A DNA stretch of 64,000 bases from an uncultured Acidobacteriota bacterium (GCA_963809485.1 CAWEJX010000020.1:64001-128000); one strand, 5' to 3'. Positions 50,117-60,815 are shown, counted from the first letter of the stretch. Notes: a model not told the origin generated them from the letters alone. Translations and numbers: made by a program.

Positions 50117-51643
50117 ATGAAAAGAATGCGGACAGTCATGTTTGCAGCCTTAATCGGTTTTTCTTACCTGGGATCCGGCGCTTGCGGCAATCCGAAAGCC
50201 ACGGATATACGCACGCCTTCCGTGGCGGGGAAATTCTATCCCGCAGATCCTGAAAAGCTGAGGCACGCGATACAGCTGTTTCTCAGAGACTCCGTCAGGA
50301 TACCCATAGAGACGCCCGTGGCGATCATTGTCCCTCATGCAGGGTATATTTACGCGGGGCAGATATACGCTGACGCCTATCGTCAGGTTATGGGGCGGCA
50401 TTATGATGTCGTCGCAATCCTGGGCGTGAATCATACAGCGCCGGGATTCAGCGGAGTGTCGTTGGGCCCTTACAGCGCCTATCGAACGCCGCTCGGGGAT
50501 GTTCCGGTCGATGTAGAAATTACTTCCAGGCTGCTTTCGGTATGCAGGGACTGCAACCGTGACCGCCAGGCCCAGGCAGCTGAGCATTCGATCGAGGTTC
50601 AGGTCCCATTCATCCAGGTCCTGTTCCCAAACGCCAAAATTGTTCCAGCCATTCTTCATCCGCCGGATATGGGCATGTGTACACGCTTCGGGAAGTCTCT
50701 GGCGAAGGCGCTCAAAAACCGGCAGGCGCTGATTGTCATCAGTTCCGACCTGTCCCACTACCCGGATTCGGACAATGCAGCCAAGGCGGATCGTGAGACG
50801 CTCGATGGGATCGCAACACTGGATGCTTCAAAAATCGTGTCTTTAATGCATACACTCAATTTTCCGAACCTGGACACGCGGGCATGCGGAGAAGCGTCGA
50901 TCCTGGCCGGGCTGACGGCTGCCAAAGTGCTGGGCGCCACACAGGCTATCGCTGCCGGCTACGCCAATTCGGGCGACGTAGCCGTGGGAGACAGGTCGCG
51001 GGCCGTAGGTTACGGTGCTATGGTGCTGGCTGCGGGCAGCACCGCAACCGGCATTCAATCCCTGGACCGGCCGGCGCCGCCTTCCCGGTTCACTCCGCTC
51101 CAGGGCGGCGAAAAGCATGAGCTGCTGAAACTCGCAAGGGAAACGATCAAACGTTATCTGGATACACAAACGGTCCCGCTCGCCAGGAATTTCCCTGCCC
51201 GGTTGAATTACCGCCAGGGCGCATTTGTAACTCTTAAAAAGAACGGCCAGCTTCGGGGCTGCATCGGGCATATCCCCCCGGATACGGAACTGTGCAAGGC
51301 GGTGAGTGCAGCGGCGCTGCTTTCCGCATTCGAAGACACAAGGTTCCTCCCCGTGCAAGCGAATGAACTGGGAAGCATCGAGATAGAGATTTCCGCCCTG
51401 ACTCCCATGAAGCCTATACGATCTGCGGATGAAATCGCGGTCGGGCGCGACGGAGTTCTCATTATTAAGGAAGGGGCCTCCGCCATTTTTCTTCCTCAAG
51501 TCGCGCCCGAAAACAACTGGGGACGGGAGGAAATGCTCGAAAACCTCTGCAGGAAGGGAGGATGGCCGGCCGGCTGCTGGAAGCAGGACGCCAAACTGCA
51601 GGTCTTCCAGGCCGATGTTTTCAACGAATCCCAATTCCGATAG
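50117..51643 (+). CDS. amrB: MEMO1-like (AmrB) + AMMECR1 (AmrA) fusion with N-terminal signal peptide
   Basis: VAGKFYP, PHAGY, EHSIEVQ, SSDLSHY, CG, VGY; then GAFVTL, LRGCIG, FLPQVA; N-terminus ends in SGAC (possible lipobox). Confidence 0.9.
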   Translation: MKRMRTVMFAALIGFSYLGSGACGNPKATDIRTPSVAGKFYPADPEKLRHAIQLFLRDSVRIPIETPVAIIVPHAGYIYAGQIYADAYRQVMGRHYDVVAILGVNHTAPGFSGVSLGPYSAYRTPLGDVPVDVEITSRLLSVCRDCNRDRQAQAAEHSIEVQVPFIQVLFPNAKIVPAILHPPDMGMCTRFGKSLAKALKNRQALIVISSDLSHYPDSDNAAKADRETLDGIATLDASKIVSLMHTLNFPNLDTRACGEASILAGLTAAKVLGATQAIAAGYANSGDVAVGDRSRAVGYGAMVLAAGSTATGIQSLDRPAPPSRFTPLQGGEKHELLKLARETIKRYLDTQTVPLARNFPARLNYRQGAFVTLKKNGQLRGCIGHIPPDTELCKAVSAAALLSAFEDTRFLPVQANELGSIEIEISALTPMKPIRSADEIAVGRDGVLIIKEGASAIFLPQVAPENNWGREEMLENLCRKGGWPAGCWKQDAKLQVFQADVFNESQFR

Positions 51644-51750
51644 GAATCATCAGCCGGGCCTTCGTCCTTTGCGGTTGAAGACGGCTGCCCGCAAAGGTGC
51701 CGAGCCTCCAGGGCGACCTAAAATGCGGCGGCTACAGGGATCTGATCTTG

Positions 51751-53889
51751 ATGGAATATCTTTTCGCTATCGGATTCGTCTCTATCCTGGGGCAGGTTGT
51801 CCTGCTTCGGGAACTCAGCGTCGCTTTCTATGGGGTTGAGCTGATTTACACTCTTGCCATAGGAGTATGGCTGTTTTGGGGCGCATGCGGCGCAATGATC
51901 AGCCGGCGAACCCTCAAGCCCTCCCATACATGGATCAACCTGCTTTTTGTCGCGCTATCCATCGGCTTGCCATTCAATATTGCATTTATCCGGTCTGTCC
52001 GTCTTCTGTTCACCGGCACTCCCGGCGCCTACCTCCCGCTGCATGTTCAAATCGCCGCCATGTCGGCATCTCTATTGCCTCTTGGCATGATTCTTGGCCT
52101 GCTGTTTCAATGGGCGGCGAAGATTTATATATCGGACAACAAATCACTGGCCGCAGCCTATGGTATCGAGAGTCTTGGCGGGCTGGCCGGCGGAATTTGC
52201 TCCAGCCTTTTTCTCAGGTTCGGCTTCCAGAATTTTCACATTGCGCTGTTCTGCGCCCTGGCTGCCATTGGCGCTTCTTTCCTGAAAACCGGAGACAGGC
52301 GTCCAAAATGGCTTCAATCCCTATCGATAGCTGTTGCCGTGGCGCTGATCTGTCTTTTGTGGGGAGTCCGGGACTTGGATCACCGGATGACCTCCTGGGC
52401 TCATCCAGGCCTGCTGGAAACCCGGGATACTCCCTATTCCAGGGTTACAGTGACTCAGCTGAATGGCCAAATCGCGGTCTTCGAAAACGACGCATTGTTG
52501 TTTTCGACCGAGGATACACGCGCCGAGGAATTTGTTCACCTTGCGGCCTTGCAGCATCCAAATCCTGAGACGGTGCTGATACTTGGCGGGGGCATTGAGG
52601 GCACCCTTTATGAAGTATTGAAGCATCGTCCCCGCAGGGTGGATTTCGTGGAGCTGAATCCCGCTCTTCTGAATACGGTCACGCCTTTTCTTCCCGCGGA
52701 AATCCAGAAGTCGTTCCGGGACCGCGATGTCCGCATAATCCTGGATGATCCCCGCCATTTTCTGGACAGAGCCTTGAGCTATGACCTTATTCTCGTGGGC
52801 ATGCCCGAACCGTCCTCAGGGCAGGCAAACCGTTTCTATACCCTGGAGTTTTTCCGGCAGTGCCTTTCAAAACTGAATGCTCAGGGCATCCTCGCATTCA
52901 GTATGCAGGCATCGGAGAACGTTTGGACGCCTCCGCTCAAGCGACGGATGGTCAGCATATATCGGGCCGCAAAAATGGCCTTTCCCGACGTTGCGATTAT
53001 CCCGGGCGTGACAAATGTTTTTATAGGCTCCAAAGACCGCCTGGCCACGGATCCCTCGGGCCTTATTGCCAGGCTAAAAACGCGGGGAATCCGGGCCAAA
53101 CTCATATCCGCTCCTTACATTCGATACCGGTATACCAATGACCGATATTCGGCAGCCGCAAGGATCCTTGAGGCTGAAACAGCGCCCGTCAATACGGATT
53201 CGCGGCCGATCTGCTACCAGTACACTCTCATGATCTGGCTCTCAAAATTTCTCCCTTCCGCCAAATCCTGGGACCTGTCCGTCTTTGAACCGGGGGACAA
53301 ACTCACCACAGTTTTGGGTGTTTTCCTGGCGCTCAGCCTGGTTGCGCTAATGCTGAGCCGTTCACCGTGGACCGTCCGCCGCGCCTGCCTGGCCGGCATA
53401 GCCGGATTTGCAGGCATGTCGTTGGAGACGGTTCTGATGCTCCATTTTCAGACAAAGAACGGGATCCTCTACCAGGATGTGGGAATCCTCCTGACGGGCT
53501 TTATGGCGGGTCTTGCCCTTGGAGCCCTTATCGTTGGAAGAACCAGCCCGCGAAATTATAGGGCGCTGGGCATCGTCGTGCTCGGCGGTTTCCTGGCGCT
53601 GAGCGCCGGCATCGGCTGGAGAATCGCATCCGGCGCCGATATGGGTATGGTCGAGATTCTGGCGATCCTGGCTCTGGCAGGATTCCTCGTGGCAGGAATT
53701 TTCGCCTATTCCAGCCTCCAGGGTGCGGGAGACCAGAGAAAAGCAGTCACCGGATTATATTCCTCCGATCTGCTGGGCGGTTGCCTGGGATCGCTTGTGG
53801 CCAGCCTGTTCCTGGCGCCCATGGCCGGCCTGGCGATGACGGCTAATCTGCTGGTTCCGTTGGCCATAGTCTCAGCCCTGCTTCTGTAG
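51751..53889 (+). CDS. Membrane-embedded spermidine synthase-like protein
   Basis: N- and C-terminal TM blocks around LILGGG, VELNP, NRFYTLEFF, VNTDSRP; the usual catalytic DxxDP reads GMPEP. Confidence 0.82.
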   Translation: MEYLFAIGFVSILGQVVLLRELSVAFYGVELIYTLAIGVWLFWGACGAMISRRTLKPSHTWINLLFVALSIGLPFNIAFIRSVRLLFTGTPGAYLPLHVQIAAMSASLLPLGMILGLLFQWAAKIYISDNKSLAAAYGIESLGGLAGGICSSLFLRFGFQNFHIALFCALAAIGASFLKTGDRRPKWLQSLSIAVAVALICLLWGVRDLDHRMTSWAHPGLLETRDTPYSRVTVTQLNGQIAVFENDALLFSTEDTRAEEFVHLAALQHPNPETVLILGGGIEGTLYEVLKHRPRRVDFVELNPALLNTVTPFLPAEIQKSFRDRDVRIILDDPRHFLDRALSYDLILVGMPEPSSGQANRFYTLEFFRQCLSKLNAQGILAFSMQASENVWTPPLKRRMVSIYRAAKMAFPDVAIIPGVTNVFIGSKDRLATDPSGLIARLKTRGIRAKLISAPYIRYRYTNDRYSAAARILEAETAPVNTDSRPICYQYTLMIWLSKFLPSAKSWDLSVFEPGDKLTTVLGVFLALSLVALMLSRSPWTVRRACLAGIAGFAGMSLETVLMLHFQTKNGILYQDVGILLTGFMAGLALGALIVGRTSPRNYRALGIVVLGGFLALSAGIGWRIASGADMGMVEILAILALAGFLVAGIFAYSSLQGAGDQRKAVTGLYSSDLLGGCLGSLVASLFLAPMAGLAMTANLLVPLAIVSALLL

Positions 53890-54043
53890 GCTGCACAATC
53901 CCTGTACTTGAGTGTGAAAGCGCCCTGCTGATACAGTAGGACCGATCGTCAGGCAGAATGCAAAATTGTGCGATGCTTTGGATCCGATAGACTTGGGCAC
54001 TAACACAACATGCCTGCAAGTTTCGAAGCCTCAGAGACGAAAA

Positions 54044-54443
54044 GTTAGATACCTCCGGCAGAGCCGGAGGCTTGAAAGATTTGAACCGCTCAAAGCGGTT
54101 GGACTAGTTACCCCGGTCTTGAACGCTGACTTACGCGGGCAACAGCCGATGAGGCTCTTCCGATCCCCGCAGGGGCCAGCGCTCCGCGTTGGACAGTTTT
54201 CTGCGGCGGCACTGTGGCAAGCGCCGTGAGGCAAGGAGATGAAGGGTATGAGAAAGCGGGCGTTTGCCAAAGTGCCACCGCAGAAAACTCCATCGGAAGC
54301 GCCTCATCGGCTTTTGCTCGCCGACGCTCGCCGAACAAATCGGCGTTTGTCAGCGCTTTTATCAGCGTTTCTCAGCGTTTCAAAATACGGAGCTGTCAAA
54401 CTCTTTGAGTCCCCCGGCAGAGCCGGGGGTTTACCAATGTAAT
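54044..54443 (-). mobile_element. Non-autonomous IS200/IS605-type element, copy 1 (longest)
   Basis: Subterminal hairpins ACCTCCGGC-AGA-GCCGGAGG and CCCCCGGC-AGA-GCCGGGGG, AACCGCTCAAAGCGGTT; shares sequence with 60579-60815 and 61338-61592; no transposase. Confidence 0.75.
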
Positions 54444-54459
54444 TACACGAATCCCAAAA

Positions 54460-55476
54460 GTGATGGCCAGGATGTTTAGCCCTCAGGAACCATCCAAAAG
54501 TGTTCTTGTAACAGGAGGCACCGGGTTCGTTGGCGCCAACCTGGTTGAAGCACTTCTGCACAGAGGCTATTCCGTTACCTGTCTCGTGCGCGACTCGATC
54601 AAGGCCGGGGATATCCGGAAACAGCCGGTGAAGATCATCACCGGCAGCCTGGATGATACTGATGCGCTGCGCAAGGCTGCGGTGGGCGTGCACATGGCTT
54701 TCCATATAGCGGGAGCAATCAAGGCATCGGATCGAGAAGGCTATTTGAAAGTCAATCAATTCGGGACCCGCCGCCTTTTAGAGGCTATTGCCGAGGTCAA
54801 TCCCAATTTAGGCCGTTTTGTCCACATGAGCAGCCTGGCGGCGGCAGGTCCCAGCGAGGACAACCGCATGCTTACCGAAAAGGATCCGCCCAATCCGGTA
54901 TCCTGGTACGGGGAGAGCAAGCTTCGATCCGAGCAGGAAGTCCTGCAGTATGCCGGAGCATTTCCTACCACCATATTGCGTCCCTCGGCCGTTTACGGTC
55001 CGGGTGATAGAGAGACTCTGCTGATTTTCCGAATGATCAAGCGGGGCTGTCTCTTCACTCCAGGACGATTTGTGCGCCGCTTCAGCCTGGTCCATGTGAA
55101 AGATCTGGTTAATGCCGTTATACAGGCAGGTGAGCGCGACACGCCGTCAGGTGAAATTTACTATATTTCCCGCCCGGAGGTTTTTACCTGGGATGATGTG
55201 GGCTGCGAGGCCGCCCGATCGATGGGAAAACGCTATTGCCGGATTTCTTTTCCAAAGTGGCTGGCCCGGGCAGCCGGTCTTGCAGGCGACCTGTATGCAT
55301 TCACTTCCGGCCGGCCCGTATCCATAAACAGCCAGAAAGTGACCGAACTGCTTCAGCCATCATGGATTTGCGACTCTTCCAAGGCACGCGCGGACCTGGG
55401 ATTCAATCCGGGCATAGGACTTGAAGACGGAATTCGTGACACTATCCTCTGGTATAGGGCGCAGGGCTGGCTTTAG
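54460..55476 (+). CDS. NAD-dependent epimerase/dehydratase (extended SDR); candidate ceramide reductase
   Basis: TGGTGFVG, SSLAA, YGESK, RPSAVYGP; role inferred from neighbours. Confidence 0.88.
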   Translation: MMARMFSPQEPSKSVLVTGGTGFVGANLVEALLHRGYSVTCLVRDSIKAGDIRKQPVKIITGSLDDTDALRKAAVGVHMAFHIAGAIKASDREGYLKVNQFGTRRLLEAIAEVNPNLGRFVHMSSLAAAGPSEDNRMLTEKDPPNPVSWYGESKLRSEQEVLQYAGAFPTTILRPSAVYGPGDRETLLIFRMIKRGCLFTPGRFVRRFSLVHVKDLVNAVIQAGERDTPSGEIYYISRPEVFTWDDVGCEAARSMGKRYCRISFPKWLARAAGLAGDLYAFTSGRPVSINSQKVTELLQPSWICDSSKARADLGFNPGIGLEDGIRDTILWYRAQGWL

Positions 55477-55911
55477 AGGCCGTCAGACTCAGGCAACGTC
55501 CGAGGCCTGATGGCAGACCGCTCCACGCGGTTGGACAAGTTCCATTCGCTCGAACCGCTGACGTACGAAGATTCTGGAGGCGTCATACTCCGCCGGTACT
55601 CCACACCGGTAAAGCCGAGGGGGTATCGATGGCTTCAAACAGCTGGCGCAATCCCTAAGTCTGTGTGTTCTCATTTGGCAGCAGCCGTCGCCAACGCTGC
55701 GTTGGTTCGCCTCCCCGGGAAAATCCGTTGAAACTGCAGCGGAAAAAAGCTATGTTCGAATAATTAAACATGGATTGTATTCAGGCAGCAAAAAGGGGCG
55801 TGGTTTTGCCGGGCACTCTCGATCGCCAAGTGCCCGGATCTGCGAAACGCGATATTGCCGTTCGGAATTTGCCGGTGGCGAGGCAATGCGTTTCCGTTTT
55901 GTGAGGCGGAT

Positions 55912-57636
55912 ATGGCAGAAACGCTCAACGCTGCGCACAATGCGGCTGCGTCTGTAACTCATAAAGGTTTTACGTTCCTTGACAACGACCTTAATCCCAG
56001 GTATCGATCGTTCGCCGAAGTCTGCAAAGAATCCCGGAGAATGGGAGCGAGGCTGCAGGCGTTAGGCATTTCCAAAGGGGATCGTCTCGCTCTGGTCCTG
56101 TCGGCGCCGGAGGATTTCGTTCTTTCTTTCCTGGGCACCATCAGCGCCGGCGCCATGCCTGTTCCTCTATACCCTCCCCTGGCACTGACGAGACTGGACA
56201 ATTACATTGAGCGCGCGGAGGGAATCCTGCGCGTTTCCGGAGCAAGAGCGCTTCTGACATCAAGAGAACTCATACCGGTCCTCAGTCCGCTGCTGTCCCG
56301 CGCTCCCACATTGAATAGCATTCTGGGAATCGATTCTCTTTATGGAATGCCCTTCGATCTTGCGCTGAAAGAAACTGAAGCGCATGCCGAGGAGCCCTGT
56401 TTTCTCCAGTTTACTTCCGGTTCCACGTCGGCCCCGAGGGGCGTCATTGTCACTCACCGGAACCTCATGGCCAACGCAAAAGCCATCATCGATAGCCTCG
56501 AAGTCGATCCCGATCACGACAGCGCTGTGAGCTGGCTACCTCTTTATCACGATATGGGCCTGATCGGATTCGTAATTGCGTCGCTGGTTGCGCAGGTGCC
56601 GGTGGTGTTTATTCCCACAATCGCATTCGTGAAACATCCGGGGATCTGGATGGAAACGGTCCATAAATACAGGGCAACCGTTACTTTCGGCCCGAATTTC
56701 GCCTTCGATCTCGCTGCCAGGCGAGCCCCGAAAAATTCCCGGGCTTTGCTGGACTTGTCCTGCTTGCGCATTCTGGGATGCGGTGCGGAGCCGATAAATC
56801 CCAGGACAATGGATTGTTTTCTTTCCGCTTTCGCTCAATGTGGGCTCCGTGAGGATGCTCTCATGCCCTGCTACGGGATGGCTGAAGCCACCCTTGCGAT
56901 CGCGTTCAACCGCCGGGGATGGACCGGGCGGAAGCTGGTCATCGACCGCCACGTTTACGAAACACAAAACGTGGCGCGTGTCCTCGGCGACGAGGCAAAT
57001 ACAGGAGACGCGCGAAAAAGGTTTGAACTGGTCTCCTGCGGATGGACTTTTGACGGCCATGAAATCAGGATTTTTGACGAGGATGGCAAGCCTCTCCCGG
57101 ATGGCCATGTCGGTGAGATCGTTTTCAAAGGTCCCAGTGTCACTCCCGGGTACTTCGAAAATCCGGAAGCCACGCACCAGCTGTTGAAGGACGGATGGCT
57201 TCATACCGGCGACCTGGGATTCATCTTGCAGGGCGAGCTTTATATAACAGGGAGACAAAAAGATATTGTTATTATCAATGGCCGGAATTACCCGCCCCAG
57301 GCCATCGAATGGGTTGTCGAAGAGATTGCCGGGATTCGTAAGGGTAGCGTCGTGGCTTTTTCCATCGACGGGGATGCGACGGAGAAACTTATAGTTATCG
57401 CAGAGACTACCATGACCGACAATGCGGCGCTGGCACAGGCTGTGAGCGAGCGGATCCGTTCAGCGTTAGGGCTGTCGGTGGACAAGGTCGTTCTGGTTGC
57501 GCGCGGATCGGTCCCCAAGACATCCAGCGGCAAGCTGCAGCGCAGGCATACCAAGGCCTTGTTCGAGGAAGGCCTTCTCGGGCCGTCCGGCGCTCAACCG
57601 GACAACACGACCGGGGAAAATCTTGCTCTCGGCTGA
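55912..57636 (+). CDS. Fatty acyl-AMP ligase (FAAL)
   Basis: FLQFTSGSTSAPRGV, SWLPLYHDMGLIG, PCYGMAEATL, TGDLG, GRQKD, PKTSSGK. Confidence 0.9.
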   Translation: MAETLNAAHNAAASVTHKGFTFLDNDLNPRYRSFAEVCKESRRMGARLQALGISKGDRLALVLSAPEDFVLSFLGTISAGAMPVPLYPPLALTRLDNYIERAEGILRVSGARALLTSRELIPVLSPLLSRAPTLNSILGIDSLYGMPFDLALKETEAHAEEPCFLQFTSGSTSAPRGVIVTHRNLMANAKAIIDSLEVDPDHDSAVSWLPLYHDMGLIGFVIASLVAQVPVVFIPTIAFVKHPGIWMETVHKYRATVTFGPNFAFDLAARRAPKNSRALLDLSCLRILGCGAEPINPRTMDCFLSAFAQCGLREDALMPCYGMAEATLAIAFNRRGWTGRKLVIDRHVYETQNVARVLGDEANTGDARKRFELVSCGWTFDGHEIRIFDEDGKPLPDGHVGEIVFKGPSVTPGYFENPEATHQLLKDGWLHTGDLGFILQGELYITGRQKDIVIINGRNYPPQAIEWVVEEIAGIRKGSVVAFSIDGDATEKLIVIAETTMTDNAALAQAVSERIRSALGLSVDKVVLVARGSVPKTSSGKLQRRHTKALFEEGLLGPSGAQPDNTTGENLALG

Positions 57637-57716
57637 TTTTGAAATGCCGCATCCGCATCGATGATCTGATATATTGCCGCCAAACAGATATGCGTCGGGG
57701 GAGTTTGGTTTAGCCG

Positions 57717-59291
57717 ATGGAAATAGAAATGCAGAGTACGGATCGGAGCCTCATTCGCGCGATCAAGTCCGCGGTCTATGACGTGAGTCTGAAAGAACTC
57801 GGGGACATCAGCCCCGCGACGCGTATTTCCGAGCTTGGCCTGGATTCGGTCGCGATGATGGAGGTTATCGGGATTTTGGAGGAGAGATACTCCACACGCA
57901 TCCGCGATGAAGAAGTATCGATGTTAAACAATGTCGGAGATCTGCTGATTCTGATGCGCAGCCGCATCGCTCCCGGTTCGCCAGTTCAGGATACGGTACC
58001 CTTTCCCCACCGGAGTGTGGCGACAAAAGGCTCTCCGCCCCAGAATACCGAGTTCTGGGACATCGCGGCATTCCCTGAAGTTCGAAAGCTCGAGCAGCGG
58101 ATCCGGGATCTCGGGCAGAGCGGTTTGAGAAATCCCTATTTCCAGGTTCATGATGGGACGGCGGGAAACCGCAGCAGCGTCGGCGGTGTCGAAATGCTGA
58201 ATTTCTCAAGCTACAACTATTTGGGATTTTCCGGCCACCCGGAAGTGATTGCCGCCGCCAAGCAAGCTATCGATCGATACGGAACGTCCGTTTCCGCCAG
58301 CCGTCTCGTCTCGGGAGAGCGGCTGATTCACCGGGAATTGGAGGACGGCCTCGCCCGGCATATTGGAGTCGAAGCTGCGGTCGTATTCGTCAGCGGCCAT
58401 GCGACCAATGTCACAACCATAGGTCACCTGTTCGATCAGAGCGACCTGATCCTCCATGATTCCCTGTGCCACGACAGCATCCTTCAGGGGATATATCTTT
58501 CCGGTGCAAAACGGCGGCCGTTTCCCCATGCCGATCTCTCCGACCTCGAAAAAATCCTTACGGAAGTTCGCCATCTCTATCGCCGAACACTTCTATGCAC
58601 GGAAGGGCTTTTCTCCATGGACGGCGACATCTGCGATCTGCCGCGCCTTATAGAGCTCAAAAAGCGCTTCCGGTGCAACCTCATCGTGGACGAGGCCCAT
58701 TCCATGGGCGTGCTGGGGCCCTCCGGGCGCGGAATTGCCCATCATTTTCCGGGGATCGATCCCCGGGATGTCGATCTCTGGATGGGCACCCTTTCGAAGT
58801 CTTTTGCCAGCTGCGGAGGCTATATAGCAGGCGCCGGGCCGATGGTGAATTATCTGAAGTTCACGGCGCCCGGCTTTTTATACTCCGTGGGCATGTCGCC
58901 GCCCAATGCCGCAGCGGCGCTGAAATCGCTGGAGCTCATGCAGCGCCATCCGGAAATCGTGGAGCGTCTCCGACAGCGCTCAAAGCTGTTCCTGGAGCTG
59001 GCGCGCAGCAAAGGAATCAACACCGGGTTTTCCGTCGGCGCCGCGGTCATTCCCGCAATTATCGGCAATTCGGAACACTGCATGCGGCTGAGCCAGGCCC
59101 TGGCGGAACGGCGCATTAACGCGCAACCCATCGTTCATCCGGCTGTCGAAGAGAATGCCGCCAGGCTGCGCTTTTTCATCAGCGCCACTCATTCCGAAGA
59201 TGAGATTCGTCACACGGTCGAGGTGCTGGCGGAAGAGCTCGCGGAAATCGGGCCCCTTTCCAATCGGAACTGCGGGGATGGCGGCCTTTGA
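57717..59291 (+). CDS. Acyl carrier protein - alpha-oxoamine synthase (serine palmitoyltransferase-like) fusion
   Basis: N-terminal ELGLDSV (Ppant Ser); SYNYLG, FSMDGD, DEAHS, GTLSKS. Confidence 0.9.
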   Translation: MEIEMQSTDRSLIRAIKSAVYDVSLKELGDISPATRISELGLDSVAMMEVIGILEERYSTRIRDEEVSMLNNVGDLLILMRSRIAPGSPVQDTVPFPHRSVATKGSPPQNTEFWDIAAFPEVRKLEQRIRDLGQSGLRNPYFQVHDGTAGNRSSVGGVEMLNFSSYNYLGFSGHPEVIAAAKQAIDRYGTSVSASRLVSGERLIHRELEDGLARHIGVEAAVVFVSGHATNVTTIGHLFDQSDLILHDSLCHDSILQGIYLSGAKRRPFPHADLSDLEKILTEVRHLYRRTLLCTEGLFSMDGDICDLPRLIELKKRFRCNLIVDEAHSMGVLGPSGRGIAHHFPGIDPRDVDLWMGTLSKSFASCGGYIAGAGPMVNYLKFTAPGFLYSVGMSPPNAAAALKSLELMQRHPEIVERLRQRSKLFLELARSKGINTGFSVGAAVIPAIIGNSEHCMRLSQALAERRINAQPIVHPAVEENAARLRFFISATHSEDEIRHTVEVLAEELAEIGPLSNRNCGDGGL

Positions 59292-59311
59292 AGGCCTGGA
59301 AATTTGAGGGT

Positions 59312-60433
59312 TCAAAGGTCCTTTCGATAAATCCTGTAACGCTTGTATATACGGGCGCCAAACAGCCGCATGCTCCGGTTAATCAGCTCATTGTTTTCCA
59401 GCGTCCAGGAGAACTCACAGGTGCGATACCCCGCCTCCACGCCGCGGCGAAATGACTCATAGTATAGCGCAGCGCCCAACCCGCTGAAGTTTTGAAGCCT
59501 TTTGGCTATCCCGAGAGCCAGCACACGAACCTGGCGGATACGGCGGGCATGGTAGACCAACAGAGGAAGGCCGATCGGGAACAGGCGGCCGTGGATCTTC
59601 TTCAGGGCCTGGTTGAAATCAGGGATCGCAAGCGAGAATCCGGCTGGTTCGCCGTCTTTTTCTGCAATAAGAACGACGCGCGGATCCACAATGGTCTTCA
59701 GGTCCCTGGCCAGATGGCTGAACTCCGCATCCGTCATCGGGACGAATCCCCAATTGTTACTCCACGCATCGTTGTAGATCCCCTTGATTATGTCGACCTC
59801 GTCCCAGAACCTGTCTATGCGAACCGTGCGGATCTGGACGCCTTCATCCTTCAGAACCTTCTGCCCCACCCGGACGATTTTGGGATTCAGACCGCTTTCC
59901 GTCAGCATCCACCAGGCATAGAGATCCATGGCTTTTTCGAAGCCGGCGGCTTCGAGCAATCCGGCGTAATAGAAGGGATTGTATGCCATCATGATGCTCG
60001 GGGAGGAGTCAAACCCTTCGACAAGAAGCCCGGCGGTTTCATTGGTGGAATAGGACATCGGCCCGCGCAACTCCGTCATCCCACGGTCCCGCGCCCACTG
60101 GGCGGTGCAGTCCAGGAGCGCGCCGGCGACTTCCCTGTCATGAATCGACTCAAAAAATCCGAAAAAGGCGGTCCGTTCGTTGTGAAAAAGATTGTGGTTG
60201 CGGTTCAGGATGGCGGCAATGCGGCCCACACATTCGCCCCTGCGTTGTGCAAGAAAAAAGTCAGCCGTGGAATGGGCAAAAAAGGGATGCCTCGACCGGT
60301 CGAGCAGTTTCTTCGTTTCACCGGCCAACGGCGCAACCCAGAACGGATCCCCACGGTAGATTTCCCGCGGGAGATTCATGAAACGGCGCAAATCACGGCC
60401 ATTCTCAACCGGCAGTATCTCGACTGGCTCCAA
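59312..60433 (-). CDS. GNAT-family N-acyltransferase, candidate bacterial ceramide synthase
   Basis: IYRGDPFWVAPL, GRIAA, FFGFFES, YNPFYY, NDAWSNNWGFVP, SWTLENN, KRYRIY; TTG start at 60433 with upstream GGGGAG. Confidence 0.8.
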   Translation of the reverse strand: MEPVEILPVENGRDLRRFMNLPREIYRGDPFWVAPLAGETKKLLDRSRHPFFAHSTADFFLAQRRGECVGRIAAILNRNHNLFHNERTAFFGFFESIHDREVAGALLDCTAQWARDRGMTELRGPMSYSTNETAGLLVEGFDSSPSIMMAYNPFYYAGLLEAAGFEKAMDLYAWWMLTESGLNPKIVRVGQKVLKDEGVQIRTVRIDRFWDEVDIIKGIYNDAWSNNWGFVPMTDAEFSHLARDLKTIVDPRVVLIAEKDGEPAGFSLAIPDFNQALKKIHGRLFPIGLPLLVYHARRIRQVRVLALGIAKRLQNFSGLGAALYYESFRRGVEAGYRTCEFSWTLENNELINRSMRLFGARIYKRYRIYRKDL

Positions 60434-60578
60434 CGCTCCCCCCTGAATATTGCATACAGCAGAGATCCGTCTGCGCATCGGTGACGGCCAATCTGCTGAT
60501 GCCCGGGCACACACTCCGTATACCGGACCATGATATGATGTTTTTATCGGTCAAGTACAACGTTTCCAGTTCTGCTGT

Positions 60579-60815
60579 GTCAGGTACCTCCGGCAAAGCC
60601 GGAGGCTTGAAAGATTGGAACCGCTCAAAGCGGTTGGAGGAGTTACGCCGGTCTTGAACGCTGACTTACGCGGGCAAAAGCCGACCCTAGCCGAACAAAT
60701 CGGCGTTTCTCAGCGCGTTTGTCAGCGCTTTTATCAGCGTTTCTCAGCGTTTCAAAATACGGAGCTGTCAAACTCTTTGAGTCCCCCGGCAGAGCCGGGG
60801 ATTTACCAATGTAAT
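60579..60815 (-). mobile_element. Non-autonomous IS200/IS605-type element, copy 2 (shortest)
   Basis: Same terminal hairpins and flanks as copy 1 with the internal part deleted. Confidence 0.75.

Noticed and set aside
54340-54382. TCAGCG-based short tandem repeats as a CRISPR array
   Set aside because: Units are 10-13 bp with no unique spacers, and no cas genes are present.
53966-54479. Short ORFs sharing EPLKAVG/QRFYQRFSAF text here and at 60615 and 61374
   Set aside because: They are translations of the repeated miniature element, not a protein family; no HUH transposase motif.
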